Shown here piece after piece: positions 11,401-25,200 of a stretch of 64,000 nucleotides of DNA (the first letter of the stretch is position 1; every line of letters starts with the position of its first letter). Made by a program: the position numbers and the translations under genes. The DNA comes from Catajapyx aquilonaris (taxonomy: Eukaryota). The DNA lies in NCBI GenBank assembly GCA_000934665.2, contig KZ538032.1:1-64000 (forward strand). Reading direction: 5' to 3'. The notes beneath the pieces were generated by a model. That model worked only from the letters and a program-made list of their open reading frames with translations, was not told where the DNA came from and searched no databases.

Positions 11401-13037
11401 ATGCACGGCTCGAACATGCACAAAAGGCAGTTCTCCTTCCCTCCACCAATGCCTCTTGCCCATCCTCCACCTGCAAGCACATACATGCCACCACAATCCC
11501 TGATCTACCCACAGAACCAAAGACAAACCCTCCCTCACAATATTCCTATTCCATACCCACCTCCTATGAATTTCCCACCTCCTATGAATTTCCCACCTCC
11601 TATGAATTTCCCACCTCCTATGATTTTCCCACCTCCTATGAATTTCCCACCTCCTGTGAATGGCCCACCTCAAGGACAACAGAAGAAGAATTTGCCTACG
11701 ACACCAGATACAGATTCCAATGCCAGTGTCAGGATATCGCAGGATGGTATAGGAAACAAACAGTCTCGTTTATCGAGCCCACCAGATTGCTGGAGGTATA
11801 GGAGCATGTCCAGGTCTGAGTCATCCACATGGAAAGATGGCAAGATGCACTCTCAGACATCTGTCAGGGATCATCCAAGGTGAGGCTAATTCTCAAGGGC
11901 CTCTGAACTGATAATGATGTAAGAAATTTTGTTGCAGTGAGGCTAGAAAATGGAGGTGTTCCTATAGCCACCGAAATCAGGACGGGTATCATGGCAGATA
12001 TAGTTTCAGATCTCAGTTAGAATCAAGTACCTGGGACAGACGGGCTTGTAGTCGTGAGAAAGCACAGGACCGAAGGGCACCCAGGCCCAGAAGAGAACTG
12101 CGTGGCAGAAGCATGAAGGCGTCGCCTATGTCGAGGCAATCTGAAGGCAGAAGCTCTGATGGTCAAGTGTGAGTAGTTATTAAGATCTACTTACAAGCAT
12201 AAAATAATATGACAAGTTTCTGACATTGTCCTTCTGTGCAATGTGGAAAAGCAGTAAATGTGGTTGATTGCTGATGACATTGCAAGCCTGCACACAGGAG
12301 GTGTAAAATGCAGTAGAACTTGTATTATGCAAATCTTACAAGAACCTGAAAAACTTGGACTAATAGCAGATTCAAGGTGCGGAATTTTGAAAAAATTCGC
12401 AGGGCAATGTCGCAGGGCTAACTGTACAAGGACATTCATTGGGGTTTAGTGGACCGCCCTTGCTTGGCATCTGGCACGGTACCTTTTATTTTTCTATTTA
12501 GATGTAGAAGCTTTGGTCCTTTTCGTAACGCCCGGGTACCATGATGTCCGTGAGCGAGGGGGGATGAGTAGGAGGGGATATGCAATGTGCACTGCAGTAA
12601 AGTTGCTGTGATCATTTTTGTGAACTCGCTCAGGTGGTTAGTCTAGCGGAAATCCCACCCGAGATGAAGCCAGGGAAAATGATGACCCCTAACTATGCAT
12701 GAAATGAAGATGGGAATGCCCGGGCTTGGTATCGAACCCGGAACACTTACATCCTTGGGCGCATGCGTTACCGCGCGCCATTCCGTCTCCCATGGACATT
12801 TACTTTATTTCCACACTGTTCACTGTTAAAATATGAAACAGACACTGTCCCATAGTGTTACATCATATAATTATGGGAAACAAGTATATCAGTATTTTCC
12901 TCGGTTCAGAATGTCTGTATTGAGTTCCGTTGGAAATACAAGTTTCATAGTGACTATTGTCCCTCCTAGACGCTGTGCTTTCTTGCCCTTACGTCTTACA
13001 GATAGTATGCCTATAATTAGACAAGATTTTGAATATC

Positions 13038-13105
<68 letters not shown>

Positions 13106-16100
13106 AAAATAGTCCAGATTGGTATACCTTTGCAGAATCTCTATTAATAAACGCTAGAATATCGTGGCAATTTTGGTTGACAAACTATGAAAATATCGAT
13201 GTTTTACTAAACTAATTACAACAACTACTACTACTTACTAAACTAATTTTGTGGATAACACACTTGAAGCGGACCAAGTGGCATTAGTTGACACACGAGC
13301 CTATAAACATTATTTTGAAATTTCGAATGGATATCTACAGGAAAAGTATTTGCACCAGGGGATGCCATTAAAGTTAGCACGATTAATATTAAATTGAGGG
13401 AACAACTCTAGAGTTCTGTACATTCAAGGATACTGTATGAAAATTGACAAAGAAGAAATAATTATGTTCCTTATGTAACAATATGGTTGGTTGATCTCTT
13501 TTTCATATCCTGTTTGAATGTGATTTCTACCAAGAAGCTCGTGAGTGTATAAAAGATTTTCCGAGGGTTCCACCAGATGATGTCTATGGCCTAGTCCGTA
13601 TCCATTCAGGCAGGGGGGTTACCTTCATAGTCTCAGATGTTTTTGAATTTAACATATGTTAAAATTCAGGCAAAGGTAAGAGACCCGTTTTTTTTTGTTT
13701 TGTTCAAAAAAATTCCTGGCCCGAGATACAGGCCGCCAAAGATGGCGCCTCGGGCGCCATATTTCTCACTTGGGATTATCGGCAAAACTTTGAAACGCTC
13801 TATCTCTGGAACGGTTAAAGATACTTTGTTGCGGGTTTTTTTTATTTGAAAGATGATATTCTTCCGATTAAAATGATATCCTCCGTTTGGAAATATGTGT
13901 CCAAGTTCTCTTGCTGTAGCCTTTTGAATATCTTTTTGGAAAAATCAAACATAATTTTTTTTTCAAAAAAGGCAATCCCAAAAATTTTGATTTTCTGACT
14001 GTTGATTAGTACCATAGAGTACTACATTCCCTGAAAAGGAGAGCTTCCACCTTTGAGTTTAACAGGTTTTATAACCAATGTTCATGTTTAAGCTTCCGTG
14101 GTTAATTTGGATTGGATACAAGATGGCTGGGGCCAGGATCCACACCGATCCACACCCTACTCATGTGAAAATATCAGTGGTAATGATCCTATTGGCTATT
14201 GATTGTGAACAACAGGTGGTGAAGTTGCAACCCATCCTTTTGTGGTCCAACAGCACTTAATAAGTAAGCTTTTGTGAGGATTCCGCTGATCACGGTCTTA
14301 AAAGATTTAAATTCAAATAAAATTAAAAATTAAAATTAAAAATTAAAATTAAAAACAAAATTAATAAAAATTAAATAAAGATTAAATTTTGGAAACTTTA
14401 GTATGCTTTGAAAGCTGTATCTGTAACTTATATTTATTAAGAATTAAAATGCCATGGCAAATAAGACTAGAGTTTGATTTCATGAGACCAATACGTGAGT
14501 ATGTGTAACGGAAATTGGTTTAATGCATGGCAAAATTTTCAATTGTTTATAAACCCTGTTAAACTCAAAAGTGGAAGCTCTCCTTTTCAGGGAATGTAGT
14601 ACTCTATGGTACTAATCAACAGTCAGAAAATCAAAATTTTTGGGATTGCCTTTTTTGGAAAAAAAATCTGTTTGATTTTTCCAAAAAGAAATTCAAAAGG
14701 CTACAGCAAGAGAACTTGGACACATATTTCCAAACGGAGGATATCAATTTAATCGGAAGAATATCATCTTTCAAATAAAAAAGCCCGCAACGAAGTATCT
14801 TTAACCGTTCCAGAGATAGAGCGTTTCAAAAATTTGCCGATAATCCCAAGTGAGAAATATGGCGCCCGAGGCGCCATCTTTGGCGGCCTGTATCTCGGGC
14901 CAGAAATTTTTTTGAACAAAACAAAAAAATACGGGTCTCTTACCTTTCCCTGAATTTTAACATATGTTAAATTCAAAAACATCTGAGACTATGAAGGTAA
15001 GATTTTCTCTTTGCCTGCCTGAATTGATATGGACTAGGCCCTATACTTTGTTAATAGATATGCCTACCATAAAGGTCTTTTCCTTATACATCAGTATTGT
15101 CACAGTTGAATCTTGAATGCCTTACCTGAACAGCCCCTTTTTGTGGTGGGACTCACTCGCTTTTTGATCTGAGGGTGTCCAGAGGAGCTGCTGATACTGG
15201 CATATATAAGTATTCAGTGTGATATTGGGTTTGGAGTCCCCTTAGCTGATGGTGTTGTTGAGCCTGGGTTCCTGGTTCATTGTTGATGGATTTGACGGGC
15301 AGGTTGAACGCACGTCATGTGTGAGGTTCAGTGAATTGTATATCCTAGTCTTCCCATGGTTTCATCATCAGATATTCTTTATTTTGGGGAAATGTTGAAC
15401 GCACTTTAAAGTGTGATGTTCAGTGAGTTTGTACGACCTATCCTCCCCCATTATTGCATCATCGAGTGTTCTTTATTTTTGGAGTCTATTGTTGCAAAGG
15501 TTAAATGAGTAATGTGAGGATTGATTCATTGATTGTGAAGAGGTATTATTTGATTGATGTTTTGGATGCAACAGGGGAAAGGAAGAGGGATTCGAAGCAT
15601 ATGTCATAGTGTGCTGAAAAGCAGATGCGGGGTCAGGGATGTGTGTAAGATGTTTTGATGGACATGAAATGGGGCAAATTGGCAGTGCATGATCATTAAG
15701 TCCACTGCGCTTGATTTATCACGGACCTATGACCTACAGGTTCCGTTTGGGCCTCATCCTCTCCTTGTCTTGTGACAAGTATAAATTCTTGTATGCAGTA
15801 AAAAAGCTACAACTGTGCGATATTGTCATGTAAGTTTGGAGGGGGATGGTCTTTCCAAATATACTACATTGTATAGGGAAATAATAATAATAGTAATAAT
15901 AGTAATAATAATAATAATAGAGGGCGACACGGTGGCCGAGTGGTTAGCGCCGCAGCCTTCTACCTCTAAGGTCCCGAGTTCGATCCCCGGGTCGGACGGA
16001 GGATACTTATGTGGATAGAGTTTCGATGGGTTCTCTCCGTGTTCGCGTGGGTTTTCTCGGGGTTCTCCCGTTTCCTCCCACTATCAAAATCCATCACATT

Positions 16101-16175
16101 ACAGGCAAATGATTAAAGTCGGTTATTCAAAAGATGATCCCCTAAGAGGCCCAAGGGGCCTATCACGGGGTATCC

Positions 16176-16244
<69 letters not shown>

Positions 16245-19200
16245 CAGTGGAAAAACATCCCTGAATCTGGCTCAAATTTTGACATGTGGAAACTGAAGAA
16301 TGCCCCCCCTCCCCCACTTCGAGTTACAGAGAACTTTGAGATATGGAAAGTCGACTTCCTGATGATTTTGACTGATCTCTTCAGCTAATAGAGCACTGTG
16401 AGTTAGGGATGTTCATTTGCATAAGTTTCGTTCACTATAGGCAAATTCCAGATACTGTATGAGTTTCAAAATTTGGAGCCTTGAATGCTGCTTATTATTT
16501 CCCAATAATTAAGGTCGTTAATTATTTAATTATTCATTTTTAAACGATGACATTTATCTCCTTCTTTTTCCAGTTTGACAGAAGAAGAAAATTCTAAAGT
16601 AGATTCCTCCGAGCTGCCACAAATGGTAAAGAAAGTGACTCTTGAAGATATGATTGAGCAGGAAAAGAAGATTCGGGTGGAATCGGTTCCTGCCACTCTC
16701 TACTATGTAAAGGATAAAGTGTAAGTAATTTGGTAGAGCACTGTTACCAATATTATTGTGTGTAGCCTATGCTATACAAAAGGCAAAGGTCGATTTAGTT
16801 TTCAATGATTCTCATTCAACGCTTTCACATTAAGTTATAATTATAACATCTGGTTTTCTGCTCGTAACGGGGGTGCTCGTACTGATTCTCGCAAGGGCTG
16901 CGGCTGGTCGGTTGGGAGCTCCGCTCCGACCCTGGAGGCTCCCAATAACAGAAGGCCTGGTATGAGGTCAGCTGTTGAATACTTGGCTCCGACAATGGAA
17001 GGGCCCAGTGAAGACTGGCTGCAGCAACACGCCCCAATGGGCGATGAATTATTTTTTTTTAAAAGCGAGCTAATGCCATTTAAACGCTCACTAGTCGTTT
17101 TGGGGTCCAAAAAGAACCCCGTTTCAAGTTAGCGACCGGTTTTTTTTCCTGACCACAAATAGTCCTACCCATGGTTAATTCATGATTGGCAGGTTTAAAC
17201 TTTTCGCAGGCAACTATGAAGCTTTTGAGACTGGGGCGAGGATGAGATTGTAAATGTTTACAGTATATTGATTTCTCTGTATTGGTTTGTGGCACATGCA
17301 ATGGAAATAGACTATGGGTAAACAGTGAACAACGCCTCATGAGTTAACCACGGTTAACCAAGCATCACCGGAGACCAATTTTTTGTAGGCCTATGTGCCA
17401 CTCATAGGCTAATACTGCTGTTGATGAAAGTTTATAATATAAAAACGGCGTGGGGACAAAAAAGACCCCAAGTTTCTAGTTAACCATGGCTAAATGAGGT
17501 TTAATATTGAAGGTTAAAACTCTGTATATGCAACTGACAGTTTTCGTGGTAATAACCTGTAAAATATAAGAGAACTTCTGTAATTCGAATTTTAAAGCCA
17601 CCATCAAGAAATAACAAGTTTTGTGAAGTGTGAGTTAAAGGTGATTCCATAAAATAACTTAGTTATGGTAGAAGTGAGTTCGGGTGTTATCATCAGCTGG
17701 ACGATAACCTTAATGAGAGAAAAACTTAGTACAAGGGGCCAGCCTTTAAAACTGGACAATATTTATTTTATGGAAATTAATTAAGCAAAGTTCTATCCTA
17801 TAAGCTAATGCCTGGAGTTTTTGGTGGACATGTTCGAATGAGGAATGTTTGTGTGATTACTTTACTTTGTGACCACCTATTTTTGTAATTTTTTTAATGA
17901 AAGAGAACTTGCGGGCGTTCAAATGATGGAAGTTCCTCTGCACACTGCTATTGTCGCACCAAAGGAGTAGTATTGCCTACGAATGCTGTGGTGATGCCAA
18001 TAACTACTATTGAGTATTACAGGAACACAGAAATTATGAGGGCAACGCCAAAATTGGAGGATCTTTGCAAACGCTTTGAGTACGAGCTTGTAAAACGCGC
18101 TGAACATATCCGTGCAGAAAAGCCAAAGTGTGAGCTACCACCTCGCAGGGAAAAACTGCGAATCTGCAAAGACAGAGGTACCGGTATTTCATGTCACATA
18201 ATTATTATATCTTTCTATTTTCTTATTAATTTATTTCGTTTTACAACAGCAACATGTGGTGACAGCTCAAATGACTCCAGGTCAAATGGGGATGAAAATG
18301 ACTTGGATTTGGAAGACCAGGAGATAAAACAGCATCATCCAGACGGTCTTCACCCAGAGTTGTGGTATAATGATCCTGGAGAGACGAATGTTGGTCTGTT
18401 CTGCAAATGCTCAGGTCAGGCTCGGACTTCGGGGATTAGACATGGGATTTATGCAGGTGAATCTAGGCTGACACCCTGCGATACACTTAGCAACAATGCA
18501 CAACTGCTGCATCATTACAAGATATTAATATCGCCTCCTACTAATTTTTTGGTAGGTCAATTTATAAAAATAGTATTATCTCAAGAAAATAATTACTGAT
18601 TTTTATTTTGTCACAGACAAAAACTCCAACTGTCATCCAGCATGATGACAATGAATTTATCTTTGAGGGTTTCTCTCTTCTGTCACATCAGCCTCTGAAA
18701 TATTTTCCGCCCTGCAAAGTGATGCGATTTAACATAGAACATACCATACATTACATTGAGGAAAAGATGCCTGAATATTTTGTAGTGGAAGAATTAGAAC
18801 TGTTTAGTAAGTGATTAATAACTCAACAGTTCTTTGCTGCATATTTCTGAGTGCTGCAATTGCCTTCCAGGAAAGTTTCTCTTCATAGAATTGCTGGAAC
18901 TGGTTGATCTTGACATTCATGCTGTAGGAGACAAAGATGGCTGTCCTCGATTTCACATTATGCCGCGGTTTGTAAGAGAGATTCCTAGTAAGTAAAGAAT
19001 GCAATTTTGTTTAATCTTCTTACGAAATACCGTATGTTTCCATTTTTTCAGATAATAGAAAGGAAATATTGTCTATGAATGTAGTGCTGACATATTTGGT
19101 GGAGAGCAACAAGCCGTTGATCAATGAGTCAGGTCTCCCCCGCTTATTAGAAATGCCTCATCTTGATTGGCAGAAATATGTGGCTGAGGTTAAGGGCATG

Positions 19201-22200
19201 ATTGTAACCTATCCTGGAATGAAACCGTGTTCAGTGCGAGTTGACCAACTTGACAGGCAGCAGGATCCGTGCCTGAGGAATGGGCAGCAAGTGAAGAGGG
19301 AAAGAATACAAGAGGAAAAAGAGATGAAGGAAATTGAGGAAGACAAGGTGACAGAGGCTGAAGGAAGCCATGCCTATCCTGAGATTGTTCACTTTGGAAT
19401 TAGGCCACAGCGGATAAGCTATTTACGCAACCCAGAGTAAGTTGGACAGGCACTCAAAGTTCATGCAAGAACTGAATAGATGCCATGATATTGGCTGTTT
19501 ATATGAGGCAGGGGATCTAGTCATCTGCCAAGGGCACAAATAGCATGAAAAGTATTGGGGTAGGAGGTAAAGCTCTTTCACATTTTCTCTCAAATGATTA
19601 TGCAAAATATGGGATAAAATTTCTACTGCTGTATATTGAAATTTTAACTAGTGATTTCTTCGGTGCCTATAAGGACTGAGAATGCTGCACTGGCCCAGGT
19701 TGATATGGGATTATGGGTGGAATTTTCGTCCCACTGCTAGTTACTGCTAACTTCGCAGTAGGCCTACCAGTATTGGACCTTGGTACTGCTAAGTTCACTC
19801 AGTAAATTCTAGTAGTGGGACTAAAATGCCACCATATGTCATTATGCCCACGGAGCATGATTAGTGCAGATCAGAATGCTCTTCGCCATTTGTTTAGTAT
19901 AAATTGAAAGACTAAATAATGGTGATGGAATATGTCCATTTGTGGTAGTAATATATTATTGCGTCGCATTGCAGTTGTGAGATACAAATAGCCGTTATTT
20001 ATCATTTTCTTTTTTAACTGTCTCTTTATTTAGAGTTTTAGACTAAACAAATAGCACTGAACAGTGATCTGTACTGTTGATATACATAACCATAATTATG
20101 TCAAACTGGGTCGGGGAGGCATATGTCTCAGGCTTTTCTGGTAGAATTCCATGGAAAAAAATGTATCTGGGCAAAACATTTCCATTGCAATGAAATGTAC
20201 AGCATAAGTTATATATAGTATTTTGTCAACTTTTGCATATCTCTAGTAGATGTCAAAAATTATTTGGTAACTGCAGGCTGTGATGTTGTTTATTCCATAT
20301 TTATAACCATTAATGTTCCTCGATTATCTCGATTATCCTCGATTACATGATGCTTATTTTATTCAATAATATTGCTGTCCAGTCTGCAGGAAGGAAGCCT
20401 TTTTTCCCAGTTCCCCCTCATTTGCTGTAATTCTACAGTCTCACTTCTAATCACTCATGTCTCATTTCTTGGCATTTAGAAGCTTCAAGTTTTAATGTAA
20501 ATTTTTGTATTGATTATCATTTACTTAATACAATTTTCCTAGTGTTATTCAGGTCCAATTCACACATTACATTAAAATCTTCATACTGTACTTGGACAAA
20601 TGGATAAAAATCCAGTGTCCAGAGATGAATTCTTGCTGTTGACACCGAAGCAGTGGTGGCGGAGGGGATATGGTATCCGACTGCTAATCGGGAGGTCCTG
20701 GGTTCTAATCCCGGTGCCGGCAACTCTAACCATGGTTTTCTGTGGTTTCCCACGGTTCCTCCAGGAGAATTCCGGAGGTGTTTTCTAAACTAATAGGCCA
20801 CAGCCACCTCCTTCCTTTCCTATCCTATCCCAAAAAGTGCAGTAAAAACGAAACGAAGAGTTCCAGTAAAAAAAAAATCCCCCCTAAAGAGCCGCCGGCT
20901 GATAACGGGGTATGAATAATTATAATTCTTGCTGTTGACTGAACAGTAGTTGTATTGAACAATGGGCATTCCATAAGGTTCGCTGATAATAATTTGTATG
21001 ATATAAGTTACACTGATAAGAAGGTGCAGAATTTGTACGTCACAAACCTTTTGCAATTGTTTTGATCATAACTCTTATGAAAGGCTTATTGGTTATTGTT
21101 TAATCTCACTTGTAAACATCAGATTTATGAATTGATTGCCTGAAGTACACCTTTTAAAATTTCCACATAATCCGCCTATTTTCAAATGTAATACTAATTA
21201 TTATTTAATAACTATTTTCAGGTATCAAAAGACTCGGCGTGAGTATGTAAAACTCCGTCATATTTTGGCAAACATGCCCAAGCCATCTTTTGAAGAGAAA
21301 CGAAAGCTGAAAGCCAAAGAGAAGCATCTCCAGGAGATGAGGCTGCACAACGAGCTGAAGCGATCCGTGACAGTAGCTGTTTCTAGCAAAGGATTTTACC
21401 GCAGCGGGATCATGTATGATGTAGTGCAGCATGCTATGATTATTCCTGCTCTAGTTTGCCATCTACGATTCCACCAGTCACTGTCTGTTCTGGAAGAAAT
21501 CATAGGTTACACATTCCAAAATAGATATCTGTTACAGCTGGCACTAACTCATCCTTCATACAGGCAAGAATATATTATTCATTTACATCTCACTTGTCAA
21601 GGCTGGGAGAAATTGGGCAATATTTTCTTATTTAAATCTAATATTCTTCTTGCAGTGAAAATTTTGGTACAAATCCTGATCATGCTCGCAATGCTATTAC
21701 AAATTGTGGCATACGTCACCCTGAATATGGTGACCAAAGGGCGAACCCACGTAAGAGGGGCATCAACACCTTGATTGACATAATGTCCCGTTTTGGGAAT
21801 AAGCAGGAGACAGAATCCAAGGCTACCCACAACGAGCGACTGGAGTTCTTAGGTGATGCAGTGGTGGAGTTCATCTCAACTGTCCATTTATTTTACATGT
21901 TTCCAAATTGGGAGGAGGGTTTGTTGAGCATATACAGGAATGCAAGTGTGCAGAATCAACATTTGGCCGTCTTAGCCAAGGCAAGTTTCTTTCACATTCT
22001 TCAATGAGATTTGCCTTTTGGTGGCAATAGTTTTCTAAGACACCTGTGGGTGTCATACACACTAGTGAAAGTATTTATTTCACTTTGTGGCGAAGACAAA
22101 ATTCTGGTACTTAATTTTGGCATATTTGTAAAAATACAGTATAAGTAGGCCCTGTATGTTACCAGATTCCAAGAGCAGGTATCTTTTGGTCTGAAACACT

Positions 22201-25200
22201 TTAAAATAATTTTCCACGAAATTCAAGATAGCTCATAATGGTGCATATTTTGAGCTACCATTTCCCATAAACCATGTGTCAATCTTACTTAGTATTTTAG
22301 GAACTGTGAGACCAGGAAAACGGTTATGAATATAATCCTGAAGGTAATACGAGGTGTGAGGTGTGGTCTTGCCTGTATCTATTTTTATCATTTTGACCAA
22401 TAATATTTATGGCATGAAAATGGCGACTGCCACCAGTGCCTCGTGTGGTCACTATAGTGTAGTATACTATTCACAAGCTTGCTGCTGCACTGACTCGTGT
22501 CGTCACTACTGTAATATACTATTCACACGCTTGCTGCTGCACTGCCTCAATGTTACTTAGAGGAGTATAATTATACTGTATTGAGTTTCTACATTACCGG
22601 TACTGTACTTCCTGCCACGACCTTGTCCTTGTGGATATTTTGATCAAGTGTTTTGATCCAATATCGATCCAAACTACAATATTAAACATCTATTAATTAT
22701 TTTATTTTATTTTTTATTTTTTATTATCAGGGGAATTATGCGAGTAATGTGTTACATTTTGCCAGAATTTTAAAAGGTTAAACTTCTAGCCTTCCATTTT
22801 ATGAACTATTAGTTATGTCTATATGGGGTGTAGATGTCAGTTGTTGTGCCCAACCCTTTTTGAGGTTTCATGCAAGAAAGGCAAAAATGTATGATCTGGA
22901 AGGAATGCAGAGAACCAGTCAAAACTCCTGCATGGAAATAGATCCTCTCAGTAGGGAGACGGAGTGGCGCCGCGGTAACGCGTGCGCCCACGGAAGTTAA
23001 GGTCCCGGGTTCAATCTCCACCCGGGGCTCCCACCTTCTTTCGTGCAGAGTTGGGCCATCTCTGGCTTCGTTTCGGGTGGGAATTTCCGCTAGACTAACC
23101 CACCCGGGGGAGTTCACAAAATGACCATAAAACGACATTGCACTTGCACTTTGCACATCCCCTCCTAATTACCCTTGGAGCAATTAAAATACGTATAGAT
23201 GTATCGCTCCAAAAACCTCCCCTAGAAATGGCCTCTCGGCCAGATAATGGGGTACAACTAAAAATAATAATAATAAAAATGATCCTCTCAGTAAGGTTTG
23301 TCAGAATGATGTTGCCATTTTACGTGCATACATAAAGTGAAGCCTTCAGGGAATATATATACCATCGCAACGTGTCACTATATGTGGCTTACTAAGGTCC
23401 AGTGCACCATGGATGCAGAATTTATCGTTATTTTTTATATTGTTGTCAGAAATTAATAACCAGGATAAATCTTCATAGTCCGCTTTCAGTGATGAAACTG
23501 ACCGTGAGTCTAAACTAAATTTCAAAATTTTAGACACTCAAGTTGGACCAATTTATGCTCTGCTCTCATGGTTCTGATCTGCGCAATGATGCGGATATGC
23601 GCCATGCTATGGCAAACTGCTTTGAAGCTTTAATGGGGGCCCTGTTTTTGGATGGAACCATCAAAGTGGCTGACAAAGTGTTTTCCAACACAATGTATGG
23701 TGATGACAAGGATCTCTTGGATGTGTGGGTGAATTATTCACCCCATCCTCTTCAAGAGCAGGAACCCAATGGTGATCGCCAGTGGATAAGTTCCTTCCCA
23801 ATTCTGCAGGTAGTACTTGCATTTTTTGTACTGTCTCTATTGCACATTCTAATGGTGATGACTGATGACCAATTGATTGAAGTAAGTTATATTTTTCAGG
23901 TTAGACATACAGACTTTTTGTGTGAACTTTATTTATCTTTTATTGGTATTGTTTCATTCTACAGACATTGACACAATTTGAGGAGGCAATTGGAGTGGAG
24001 TTTATTCACATCAGATTGCTAGCACGTGCTTTTTCCGATCGAAGTGTTGGATACAACAATCTGACGATGTAAGTCAGTATAGTCAAAATGTTTGATCATC
24101 AAGGTAGTTACTCGGAGATTTGTACCGGCGTTAAGGAAGTAACGTAGTATTCTTTTTTTTTTTGAAAATAGAAGCACCACTTTTTCATGAACCCTGCTTA
24201 TCCTAATTTATTTATTTATCTAATATATATTTCAAGACCTATATCTGTCTGTGACCTCATCAGTTCCATACGGAGGCCTCCTCATATGCCCCAGGGGTAT
24301 CACTAGGGGCGGTTTTTTACTGGGAAGGTTCTTAGCGCATTGGAATTGACCTCCGAGGTCATCCTTGGCCACAGGAGGCGAACAGGACTTTGGAACACTC
24401 TTCTAATAATGCGCAATTGGCTGTAAACATCACCTGTCTTGGGTTACCGGGGCAACCACTGAATGCCCAAGTCCCGTCCCCACTGCCCCCCCCCCCGTCC
24501 CATACACCCTCCCGCTCCCCCCCACCATCCCCGTTCCGTAATAATCAACATTTAACTTTCAATATTTCATTATATTACAAACACAACACAAAAAACACGT
24601 TCCCACGGCAACGACGTTCCATCGCGGTCAACAAGCAGTTCCATAATCTACACCGGCGCATTAGCAAAAACATACGGTAACAATGAAGCAACCGAAGAAG
24701 GTTGGCATAGTGGATAGGGCGTCCGACTGCTAATCGGGAGGTCCTGGGTTCGAATCCCGGGCCGGCAACCCTGACCGTGGTTTTCTGTGGTTTTCCACGG
24801 TCTTTCTAGGATAATTCCGGGGTCGCTTCCGTATAATAGGCCACAGCCGCTTCCTTCCTTCCCTATCCTTGGAGGTTGAAAGGCAATGCTGGGCCAACCT
24901 CCTTAATATCAATTATAAAAGTAACAATGAAGCCCTTGGCGACAGTGCCGGATCTACGAAATTTAGGAGGGGGGGCAGAAACCCCCACCCCCGCGGTTTG
25001 AAAGTTTGGTATCATTTTTCTGACATGGATCTTCTGCACTTCAGGCAGTGGCGCATGCAAAATGTTCTTTTGGGGGGAGCTGGTAGGCGAGGAAGCCCGC
25101 CGCAGGCGAAAATGTTTGTGTGTTCAAGGTCACACAAGCTGAGGGTGCTGAATTTCTTTCTGCCAGAAAGAAATATCATCTTCAGCGTTGTTTTGCATTT

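Noticed and set aside
20644..20720. SINE heads as tRNA genes (also 15922, 22954, 24691, 26781, 54305)
   Set aside because: They continue into shared bodies with simple-repeat tails and TSDs, and acceptor stems do not close.
22440..22548. 53-bp tandem duplication in a Drosha intron
   Set aside because: Ordinary local slippage duplication with no sign of function.
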